A DNA stretch of 63,245 nt, counting the filler, from Octopus bimaculoides (lineage: Eukaryota), in NCBI RefSeq assembly GCF_001194135.2. It is 5 parts of 5 records of this genome, joined end to end, with 100 filler letters (N's around TTAATTAATTAA, not from the genome) between each part and the next. Parts side by side here need not be neighbours in the genome. Positions count along the whole stretch, not along the records: positions 1 to 14,311 come from NC_068986.1; positions 14,412 to 29,933 come from NC_068988.1; 3 more parts are not named here. One strand, 5' to 3'. The first letter of the stretch is position 1. Each line of letters opens with the position of its first letter. The position numbers and the translations under genes are program-made. The notes beneath the pieces are model-generated. The model was not told where the DNA came from. It saw nothing but the letters and a program-made list of their open reading frames with translations, and searched no databases. Below are positions 12,115 through 22,763 of this stretch, piece after piece.

Positions 12115-12799
12115 TATTTATATAATATATATATGCATATATATACATATATATAAATGCATAAATACTACACATACACACACAAATGTGTAAATGAATA
12201 ACCAAATATATGCATAAACACACACGTACATGCACATAATATACATATTTATTTATAGTTATGTATAGGTTCAATACCATTTAAGAATTTCATTCATTCA
12301 TCAGATGCCTGTTTCTTGACTTCACTCCTTAATGAACAAGTGTGTACATGTGCAGACAACCGAAAGCTTCATTGAACGACACTGTGATCTGTTGTAGATA
12401 TGTAGTTCCTATTTACATTAACAATAAGCCAACATGTATCTGATGCTTGCTGCTTACAGCTGTCTATCAAATCCAGTGCATATGCATGTAATGCAAGTTT
12501 GTAACGAAAATTTTTTTATGTCTTTGTACCACAAAATAAATAAAACACATATATGTATGTTGTTGTTGTTGATGTTGCTCATGGTGGAGGTTCATTCTGG
12601 GGGTTCTACAAAAACACATGTAGTACTTGTGTTTCTGATTTATTATGAATAAACTCATTAGCAAATTAATGATAAAACACTTATGGAAGATATGCAGTGT
12701 CTATGTTTTGGTGAGTGTGTCGACCTTCTGAAATAGAAATATTTTTGTATCTACATGTTATTACGTGAAGAACATAGCAAAACAAATACAGAAGATGAG

Positions 12800-12844
<45 letters not shown>

Positions 12845-14119
12845 TTGAGCGTGTGTGTGTCTGCACACGCATATGTGTGTGTGTATAAATATATTCATTT
12901 ATACATACATGCATATATATATATATATATANNNNNNNNNNNNNNNNNNNNNNNNNNNNNNNNNNNNNNNNNNNNNNNNNNNNNNNNNNNNNNNNNNNNN
13001 NNNNNNNNNNNNNNNNNNNNNNNNNNNNNNNNNNNNNNNNNNNNNNNNNNNNNNNNNNNNNNNNNNNNNNNNNNNNNNNNNNNNNNNNNNNNNNNNNNNN
13101 NNNNNNNNNNNNNNNNNNNNNNNNNNNNNNNNNNNNNNNNNNNNNNNNNNNNNNNNNNNNNNNNNNNNNNNNNNNNNNNNNNNNNNNNNNNNNNNNNNNN
13201 NNNNNNNNNNNNNNNNNNNNNNNNNNNNNNNNNNNNNNNNNNNNNNNNNNNNNNNNNNNNNNNNNNNNNNNNNNNNNNTATATATATTTAAACATATACA
13301 TATATGTATATAAATATATATATGTAAATGTATATGCATACACAAACACACATGCAAACGCACACACGTGTATGTATGAACATACATGTGTATATATATA
13401 TATATATGTATGTATGTATGCATATACATATGTATATATGTCATCATCATAATCATCTAACATCTGCCTTCTGGACAATGATGATGATGATGACCATGAC
13501 ATATACATATATGCATATGCATACATACACATATATGTATGCATACACACACAGATACATACACACACACACACACATATATATGTATGTATCTATAAAT
13601 ATATATAAAAAGGAGACCACTTGGTGGACTGCTAATGTGCTAGAAGAAGATCATATGTAATGTGTCTACTAAGACCGAATTGTTCTCAAAGGAAATTTAT
13701 GTATATACATGTATGTATATATATTTATATATAAATATATTCATACATACACAACAAACATATGTATGTTTATTATTTTTATATTGGTTTCCAGCCAGTT
13801 ATGTTGCATCTGGGTGTGGGCCTGCTGTTAGACCTGTGTGCCTGTTGAGATGTAGGTGTGTGGATGTGTATATTACATTTAAGTATGCGTTTATGGATGT
13901 TTGTGTGCTCGCATGTTTTTATTTAGGCCCAATCACCCAACAACAGCAACAAGAACAACATCGACAACAGCAACCTGCTTCACTAGAGGAAGAGAAGTAG
14001 GACATGTGTATGGAGTTACATGGTAGTGACAACAACAAACAAGTGGGTTTTTGTATGTGCATAAATGTGTGTGCTGTGTTCTTGTAGAATATATGTATGT
14101 ATGTATTTATGTATGTATG

Positions 14120-14311
14120 TATAGATAGATAGATAGATAGATACATTTCTTTTATTAGCCACACAGGGCTCAACAAAGATGGGACAAATACAATGTAGAG
14201 CTTTTCTTTTTGGGAGGGGGAAGGAAAAAAAACAAAAAAAAACAATAGGGGTGAGTCGATCAAAAGGGATCATAGGAAGGGAAAAAGGGGGAAGTTCGAT
14301 CAAAAGGGATC
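14120..14311 (-). mobile_element. 3' UTR and (TATC)n tail of a Tx1/L1-like LINE
   Basis: Matches 37306-37445, which is physically linked to an ORF2 C-terminal fragment. Confidence 0.6.
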
Positions 14312-14411
14312 NNNNNNNNNNNNNNNNNNNNNNNNNNNNNNNNNNNNNNNNNNNNTTAATTAATTAANNNNNNNNNNNNNNNNNNNNNNNNNNNNNNNNN
14401 NNNNNNNNNNN
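14312..14411. other. Assembly placeholder: 44 N + TTAATTAATTAA + 44 N
   Basis: Identical 100-bp structure at four sites; TTAATTAATTAA is a six-frame stop linker. Confidence 0.9.
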
Positions 14412-14424
14412 ATATATATATATA

Positions 14425-14728
14425 TATATTACATACATATAAGAGGGATGACCACTAAGTGGATATCCATTATGCTAGAATAAGACCACCTATAGTCTGA
14501 CCACTAAGAAAAGATTGTTCTCAAGAAAATTTAGCAAACGCCAGAACGTAAGCGAGCATGACAATCTTTGTATTTTGTATCTTTTCATTTGTCTTGCTCG
14601 CTTACGTTCTGGCGTTTGCTGAATTTTCTTGAGAACACTCTTTTCTTAGTGGTCAGACCATAGGTGGTCTTATTCTAGCATAATGGATGTCCACTTAATG
14701 GTCATCCCTCTTATATGTATGTAATATA
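14425..14728. repeat. Long inverted repeat: ~140-bp arms, 24-nt spacer, 6 mismatches
   Basis: Arm 14425-14564 aligned by hand to the reverse complement of 14589-14728. Confidence 0.9.
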
Positions 14729-14850
14729 TTTTTTCTGAATCTTCAGATGTTTCAATATGCTAGGCCACTGGTTTTTAAATTGATATTAATTGAATTAATA
14801 CTCAATTTTTCACCCTTATTATTTTCAATTTTATAAATATATATATATAC

Positions 14851-14896
<46 letters not shown>

Positions 14897-15117
14897 NNNN
14901 NNNNNNNNNNNNNNNNNNNNNNNNNNNNNNNNNNNNNNNNNNNNNNNNNNNNNNNNNNNNNNNNNNNNNNNNNNNNNNNNNNNNNNNNNNNNNNNNNNNN
15001 NNNNNNNNNNNNNNNNNNNNNNNNNNNNNNNNNNNNNNNNNNNNNNNNNNNNNNNNNNNNNNNNNNNNNNNNNNNNNNNNNNNNNNNNNNNNNNNNNNNN
15101 NNNNNNNNNNNNNNNNC

Positions 15118-15270
15118 CCCTGTGCTCAACTGGTACTTATTCTATCGACGCCAAATGCTTGAAAGGCAAAGTCGACTTCGGCAGAATTTGAACTCAGAAC
15201 GTAGCGACGAATGAAATGTCACCAAGCATTTTAACCGGTGCACTAAGAATTTTGTCAGGCCGCCGCCTTC
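15118..15270 (-). mobile_element. SINE-B
   Basis: AACTGGTACTTATT...GAAAGGCAAAGTCGACTTCGGCAGAATTTGAACTCAGAACGTA. Confidence 0.8.
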
Positions 15271-15271
15271 G

Positions 15272-15895
15272 CAAAGGAGGCGAAAGTAATACAGCTATAG
15301 CGAAAAAGTTTAGAATTAACCGAACATCAGTCTGGAAAATTGTCAAGAAATTTCAAGAGACTGGACCCTTCACTGATTGACCTAGACGTGGCCGAAAAAG
15401 AAGTGTGCCGGCCCCTCGGTTTATTAAAAGTACCAGAAAAAAGATACGGCGAAATCTTCGTTGTTCCGTCTAAAAAGTGGCTGCTACAGCAAAAATAAGC
15501 CGAACATCGATGTATCAAGTGCTGAAGGAGGATCTCAAGACCCACTCATACATGATGATTCGTCGTCGTGAGCTCACGCAAAGTTATAATGATATGAGAC
15601 AGGAAAGAAGTCGTCTTATCCGGGTGTTTGCAGTAAACCACCAGAATGATCGACCTCAAGTGTATCTGGTCCGTCGAGAGTAGATTCATAAATCGACGTC
15701 AACATTCACAGGCAGTTATGGTTGGGCGGCTGTGATAGCCACTGGAATGCTTCTTTCGTTTTTGTGCCCTTGGGTGTTAAAATTAACACCCAGCGATACA
15801 CTAGCGACATTCTGGGAGCTGAATCGCTTCTATGGGTGAATGGGCACTTTCAAGGAGAATCTTGGAGCTTCCAACAGGACTCGGCTCCATCCCAC
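15272..15895 (+). mobile_element. Decayed Tc1/mariner transposase, maT (DD37D, Bmmar1-like) type
   Basis: TAIAKKFRINRTSVWKIVKKFQETG...PRRGRKRSV...IRRN...ISRTSMYQVLKEDL (HTH region), then FVPLGVKINTQRY..DIL...WSFQQDSAPSH (catalytic region). Stops and frameshifts present; runs into (TA)n and a gap. Confidence 0.85.
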
Positions 15896-15907
15896 ATATA
15901 TATATAT

Positions 15908-15940
<33 letters not shown>

Positions 15941-17635
15941 NNNNNNNNNNNNNNNNNNNNNNNNNNNNNNNNNNNNNNNNNNNNNNNNNNNNNNNNNNNN
16001 NNNNNNNNNNNNNNNNNNNNNNNNNNNNNNNNNNNNNNNNNNNNNNNNNNNNNNNNNNNNNNNNNNNNNNNNNNNNNNNNNNNNNNNNNNNNNNNNNNNN
16101 NNNNNNNNNNNNNNNNNNNNNNNNNNNNNNNNNNNNNNNNNNNNNNNNNNNNNNNNNNNNNNNNNNNNNNNNNNNNNNNNNNNNNNNNNNNNNNNNNNNN
16201 NNNNNNNNNNNNNNNNNTAAGCCAACTCAAAAAATCATCACCAAAATAGCAGAAACAAACGACAGTGAAGGTATGTAGACTCTTCAAGAATCGATCCTTT
16301 TGGTTATATTATAAATAATAAAGGAGTTACGACGCAAAAACGTATATATTCAAATGAACATATTTATCTTCTTCAATATATATTTCAGTATAAAGAATTC
16401 ATTAAGAGACTTAATAAATCAAAATTTCTTTACATATCTTCAGGAGGAGTAAATATAACACCAGAAAACTACATTCAGTTTAAAAATACAAACCGTTCAT
16501 GGCGAAAAAATTTCACAATTACAAAAACCGAACAAAATTTTTGCCATGAAAATATTAAATAATACAAGAGTTGGCTGTGTTTTTTACACCGAAAGCTTCA
16601 GATCTCTGCGCTCTAACTGCAATTTGGGCCATCATCCCCATATGGAATTAGTGGACAACATTCACGAATTTAGATAGGCAACTAAATTTTCTGAAAGCAT
16701 CTCATAGACGTTCACACACTCACACAGACTTCCCACACTGACACACACACACACAGATAATTTTTGCCTGCAGATGTTTTGTTTGGTATGCAATGAGAAG
16801 TGTAGTTTGAACGATTAAACGATATTAGCAATGGGATATCATCATATATAAATTCTCTTGAGTTCTTTTGCACAGTCAAGATCTTTGCCAAGTCAATTAC
16901 TCCAAGAATATGCTTTCAGTTAAACTGTAAAGTTCTAACAACGTAATTACATTTTATGATAACTTAATGGTAAGTTAAAACTTAAATTTTAATGTTGATG
17001 GTATGTTGCTTGTTTCCTTTTATAATTTTTTTTATACTTAGACTGACTGGTCAGAAGTATATTTCAGAAGTTTCCATTACTCTTCGTATATAGTGAACTG
17101 ACACAGTCTGCGATCTATAAAAAGAGCGGTAATTACGTTTACAGTTCTTTCTACAACTTTCTTCTGAAGAAACATTTAACGAATTTAGTTACAAAATAAG
17201 ATTGTTTTCAGAAACAGGGCTCTCCGTGTGAATATTTGATAGGAAATGAAAAGAACCTATATACATCAACCTGTATACATAAAGCTGAGAAGAAACTTTA
17301 TAATTAGGTGGAATATGTTAAGAACCTTTGATAGATAGTTTCCACTGATTTTCAATAAGCTCGCCATGCATTCCAAAGTAATTCTAGGATTGTCTCTCTT
17401 TGTATTCAGTGCTGATGATAACTAAGTAACTTGACATGCATTTATCTGTTCACAAAGAGTACCCTGGAATGACTGCTGGTGTTTTAACATACTGTTGCCT
17501 AAAGCGAGAATTATTTTCTCCGCGACAAACTACAGTGAAAATGGCCTGTTTGCAAGTTAAATGTGTTCCAAACATATTTGAACTGATCTAAAAGTTTGTT
17601 TAATTCACAACAATGTTTTCGCGTGTGCCTATCAC

Positions 17636-17684
<49 letters not shown>

Positions 17685-18185
17685 ATAAACACGCATACAT
17701 ACACTTATAGTGTAAGAAAAGAAATAAAATCTTATTTATGGGTGTAAAGATAACACTCATGTCATAAGTACGCCGTGTCCTAAGTATTTTTTTAATCAAA
17801 AAGAATGGACTACAAGTATGTTATGAAACAACTTCAATTTAAACAAAATACTTATTACTCGGCAAAGTTAAGGATGGTGAATTAACGGAAATTATAGAAA
17901 TTATACCAATCCTGTTAAAGTGGATTTAGTCCTCTACTACATCGGCTTTTTTTACATTAAAAGTTAAAAAGTAAGTAGTGACAAAATAATCAAACTACAA
18001 GTAGAGATAAACCGGAAATTGAAGTGGTTTATAGATTTTTGAGTCTAAACGGATATTGCTGTCAGTACAGAAAAGTGTACTGTTAATCAAGCCAAAATCT
18101 GGCCAACGGAAGAAAAAAAAAACAGAAATAAACTGAGAGAGCACCCTGTTTCTTATTTAGATGTAAGCAGTTTCATTTCACTTAC

Positions 18186-18273
18186 ACCATTAGTCGCATT
18201 TGGAAAGATATCAGTGACACATCTTCCTATTTCCATACTTCCAATAATTTGTTGGCCACTTTTACATGTTCTA
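18186..18273 (-). CDS. Weak candidate 88-nt coding exon
   Basis: Acceptor TTCCTATAACAG, donor GTAAGT, open frame RTCKSGQQIIGSMEIGRCVTDIFPNATNG; no recognised homology. Confidence 0.25.
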
Positions 18274-18404
18274 CTGTTATAGGAATATATAGCTGTGCAT
18301 CCAGCTGCATCTCATCATACTCGATGTGTACGTGTCTTTTGTTGTCAACCTTACCATATCATACCTTACAAAGTTCCCTACAAAACAAAAACAAATAAAT
18401 AAAT

Positions 18405-18630
18405 AAAAACTTTGTTGCACAGTGTAATTACAGAATTACCCACAGTGATAGGAGAATGATTAAGTAAATAATACATGTATCACAACACAGCGCTTAGCAA
18501 CATACACGCCTCACAAACAGGATATACACGTCAGCGATGATGTGGAACTCTAAAGGCAAGGATACGACGAATACGATAACTTTGCGAAATCTAACAGCCA
18601 TAATACGAATCTCATGACGTAGAAAACTAA
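18405..18630 (+). repeat. ~225-bp direct repeat, copy 1 (copy 2 at 20935-21157)
   Basis: AAAAACTTTGTTGCACAG...GACGTAGAAAACTAA is near-identical at both sites. Confidence 0.95.
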
Positions 18631-18999
18631 TTTTCTTCATATGTATCTCCTAAAGAATTATTTATCCCAGGAACGTGCACCTTGCAAATGTTGTTACTGT
18701 CGTTTCTCCCCCACTTCGACTCTGTTGTACCGTGTCTAAGAGCGAGGGATCTCCAGCCATGAAGATCACGTCTTCTTTTCTAGACTATATTCAAATTTAA
18801 AAAAAAGTTGAGTGTGATCTGAAGATTTCGCTGATATTTAGAGTAGGTCTCTAAGTCACATTTTTACAAATAAGACTCACCCAACCGCAGCATATGCCGA
18901 ACTTGTATCGACCCTAGTAGTGCAAGACAGCTTGCATATCTAAGGGTTTGTTCCTTTCCGTAGAACTAAATATTCAAAAGAGAAATGAGCAAGTATGTA

Positions 19000-19385
19000 C
19001 GGCTCTTTGTGTTCTGAGTTCAGATTAACCTTTCATCTTTCTGGAGTCAATAAAATGAAGTACCAGCAATATATTGGGGCTAATATAATCAACAGTCCTA
19101 CATCTAAAATTGAGGCCTTACATTTACGTAAGTAATTACATGTTAAGTTAGTAATTAATATCTACCTGTACCAGGTGGCAAGTGAGCAGACCGTTAACAC
19201 ACCAGGGCAAACTGCTTAGTAGTATTTCGCCTGTCTTTACGTCCTGAGTTTAAATTCCGTCGCGATCGACTATGTCTTTCATCATTTCAAGGTCGCTAAA
19301 ATAAGCACCAGTTGATTACTGGGGTCGATGTTATCGACTATCCTCTTGCCCCGAAGGTGATGGGCTTGTGCCAAAATTTGAAACC
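19000..19385 (+). mobile_element. Two SINE-B copies
   Basis: GTTCTGAGTT...CTTTCATC...AGTACCAG and GTCGACTA...CCAAAATTTGAAACC blocks. Confidence 0.7.
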
Positions 19386-19808
19386 AATATCTAGGAGTAC
19401 AACAGTTAATACGAGCTAACTAAACTGATATCTCTAGTTTTATCTTAAAACGTCATTGTTTAAATTACACTATATTTCTATTTATTATTTTAATTTATTA
19501 AATGTTTTGAACCGGAGTGTAAGGTTGCATGTATGGCTTACACAGGTTATTGGAAACTGGTGAAATCAACGTGATTGATGTTCATGTGTTGACGTCTGCA
19601 GGGTTTTATCAGCAACTGAATACCCTAAACACGAGAGAATCAAATTTAGCTGACCCCACTTTCTTCTGGCCTTAAAGGTACTGTATATAAAGACAGAATG
19701 GTTAGATTTGCTTATTACATACGATGTTCGATAAATCTCACTCGCTCTCTCTCTCTCTCTCTCTCTCCCTCTCTCTCTTTCCCTCCCTCCCCCTTATATA
19801 TATATACC

Positions 19809-19848
19809 GGCCATGACGAAGGGAAATAGCCCTGAAACTCGAGTCGCC
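19809..19848 (+). ncRNA. Degenerate minimal type-I hammerhead motif
   Basis: GGC-C(a)TGACGA-AGGG aaatag CCCT-GAAA-C tcga G-TC-GCC: all three stems form, with a one-base insertion in CUGANGA. Confidence 0.5.
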
Positions 19849-20175
19849 TTTATATATATATATTTATATTTATATATTTATATATTTGATCCTTTATATT
19901 GAACACTCAATATTTCATCTACATTCAATACTTTCTTTCATGGTGCCATCCATTTTTATTTTATTTTATATTGTATATTGTATATCATATTATATATTGT
20001 ATATTCCATATTCTATACCCCACATTAGTTCTGCAGGAATATAAATNNNNNNNNNNNNNNNNNNNNNNNNNNNNNNNNNNNNNNNNNNNNNNNNNNNNNN
20101 NNNNNNNNNNNNNNNNNNNNNNNNNNNNNNNNNNNNNNNNNNNNNNNNNNNNNNNNNNNNNNNNNNNNNNNNNNN

Positions 20176-20210
<35 letters not shown>

Positions 20211-20374
20211 GCTGGTCAGAAAATTTCTATAAGAGGTGAAAGCAGTAACTACACTGTGAAGTAATGCTTATCATCACTTAAACATGGCCGTTCTGTTGAA
20301 ACCGACGTTACTGCTATTTTTAGCCCTATAAAGACGCATCCTCTAGCTGGTTATTCGATGTTATCAACATCCGA

Positions 20375-20520
20375 TATATATTGCAAGCAGTGGAGTGAAC
20401 CCCTATCAGCTTCCATCCACGAGATCACCAGACCGTACGGTTTCCATCTTTCTGTGGTCATCCTCGGTTGTGGATACTCGTCCGCTAGAGATAGTAGTTC
20501 ACTCAAGCTCGCAATATATA
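20375..20520. mobile_element. Degenerate foldback/MITE-like element
   Basis: TATATATTGC.AGC...GAGTGAAC versus GTTCACTC.AGCTCGCAATATATA at the ends, plus inner ATCCAC...ACCA(C)AGA complementarity. Confidence 0.5.
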
Positions 20521-20934
20521 GAGAACAGGTGACACACAGTCACTGATCTTGCAACAAGCAAATTAGCTTGTCAGAAAATCTCTATAATAGATGAAAGCGC
20601 TAACCACACTGAGAAGTAATGCTTATCGCCACATAAACATGGCTGTTCCGTTGAAACCGACGTTAATGCTATTTTTAACCCCAGGTGGTTAAGATCAAAC
20701 AACTGACAAGCAAATTTGTGCTATTGAGCAGAATATTTACCATAATGATATTTCTGCTTCAGCAACTCAGTGCTGAATCTGTCTGAAATGTAATGGAAAA
20801 TAGGTCGATTTCAAAACATTTATACCAAGTAACAAAAGCAAAGTTTGAAGGGAATAGTAATAATATGCTTTAGATTTCTAGATAGAAGTAAATAGGAAAT
20901 AACACTTACTGACCAAAACAAAACAAAAATAAGC

Positions 20935-21157
20935 AAAAACTTTGTTGCACAGTGTAATTACAGAATTACCCACAGTGATAGGAGAATGATTAAGTAAATA
21001 ATACATGTATCACAACACAACGCTTAGCAACATACACGTATCACAAACAGGATATACACGTCAGCGACATGGAACTCTGAAGGCAAGGATACGACGAATA
21101 CGATAACTTTGGGAAATCTAACAGTTATAATACGAATCTCATGACGTAGAAAACTAA
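20935..21157 (+). repeat. ~225-bp direct repeat, copy 2
   Basis: See 18405-18630. Confidence 0.95.
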
Positions 21158-21531
21158 CGGTCAAAAGCTGACTCAGTAAAATCTACATAAATTCTGGCTA
21201 CAAAGACAGCATAAACAAAAGTCATCCAGTTTGCAAAAGAAAGGAGGGATGATACAGAAGCAAGCTCCACACCATGCCCCGATGATAAGGCTGAGTTAGC
21301 CTGGAAAAGTTCATAAAAATTAATTTAGGAAGTTTATTGCCCCAAATGAAATAAATCTGATAATTAAGTGCGAAAGCCAACCGAATAAAAAGGATTAGAT
21401 TAGAACATTTCAATATGTTGCATGTAAAAGAAAAGTATACAAATATGACAGAGTGCATGTGTGTGTATGTATGCATGTTAATGTATACGTGTGAATATAA
21501 ATAGATAAATGATAGAAAATGAAATTTATTT

Positions 21532-21641
21532 ACAATCACTGCAATTGTTTCGACACTCTTTTATACCTTTAGTACATAGGTGAGCTGGTGCAATCGTTAT
21601 CATACACCCAAGATGTAAAATACGCCTCTTCAGGTGATTGT
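21532..21641 (-). ncRNA. Type-I hammerhead motif with long stem-II loop (PLE pseudo-LTR type)
   Basis: ACAATCAC-CTGAAGA-GGCG...TGTC-GAAA-C aatt G-CA-GTGATTGT followed by AAATAAA: perfect 8-bp stem I; cleavage triplet reads GCA rather than GUH. Confidence 0.65.
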
Positions 21642-22720
21642 TTAAGTTCTTCGTTAGATCCTTTCGTCATTTCACTCAGTGTGGCATTGCATACCCAAAG
21701 TGATGTATCATTTTCAAGAGTTTACAAACGAAACTAAACCCATAAATATGGTGACAGACAAGATACAATTACAATTACAATCAAAATCCAAAATCCATAA
21801 ATAAACAGACAAAAGTAAAGGGTCAGGTTGACTATAAAATTACCATTTTATCTAAAGTATACATATGAATATGCATTTGTGCGTATGTATCTATGTGCAT
21901 AGCTGTATGTGTGTGTGTGGTGGAGTGAAATTAATTCACAGTACTTGGCTAGACGTTTAAACTAAGCCGCAGCCGTGATCTAAACCTTTCACTTGCAGTG
22001 GAAAGGCAACAAGTAGCAAGACTTCGTTTGTTTAATCTGAAAAGAAACTTAAAATAAAAAAACAACGTGAACATAATGATGAAAACTAAGAGAAAATATA
22101 GATGTGTCGAGGCATGAACTCACATAGAAAGTGATACCCTTTAGCTATCACAGACAGGACAGGGCAACGTTTAATGAGGAATTCAAAGTCAAGAAAAACG
22201 TTTGTTGAACAAAGATTTAGTATACTAGTATTTTATTACATCAACTAATTCCAGCACGAAACTATAACAAATCAAAACGATACAGGAGGGTATCAGACAG
22301 GAATAAAGTAAAATAAAAAAATGAGAAAAGCGGAAATGGTGGAAAAGTAGAGAGGAGTAGTGGAGAAAATGATAAACAGAGACTGCGACAGGAACAAGAA
22401 TAAGAACAAGAAAACGGCAATAGCGAAATTCTTCAGTGAAACTGGTGCTTTTGTTGGTTACTTCGTACTTTTTGGTTTGATGTGCATCACTGCAATTAGA
22501 TGTTTCGCCGTCTTTCAAATTTTGTTTCTTGATATATAATATAGGAATAGGGGGAGTCTTTCTTCATTTTTCTCCGCAAACATACATGCGTACATAAGAA
22601 CGTATGCATGTTTGTCTGTCTCTGTATGTATGTATGTATGTATGTATGTATGTATGTACGTACGTATGTACGTATATGTATGTATGTATATATGCATGCG
22701 TGTATATATATATATATGTG

Positions 22721-22763
<43 letters not shown>

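Noticed and set aside
9170-13574. Long ORFs in the ORF track (300+ aa) and the many YI/CV/HT/poly-I ORFs throughout the window
   Set aside because: They are translations of N gaps and microsatellites, with no protein signal.
13927-14000. Possible terminal exon GPITQQQQQEQHRQQQPASLEEEK*
   Set aside because: The Gln run derives from a (CAA)n-like repeat and there is no supporting upstream exon.
14356-14367. TTAATTAATTAA as a biological motif
   Set aside because: It is always centred in exactly 44+44 N, so it is an assembly linker.
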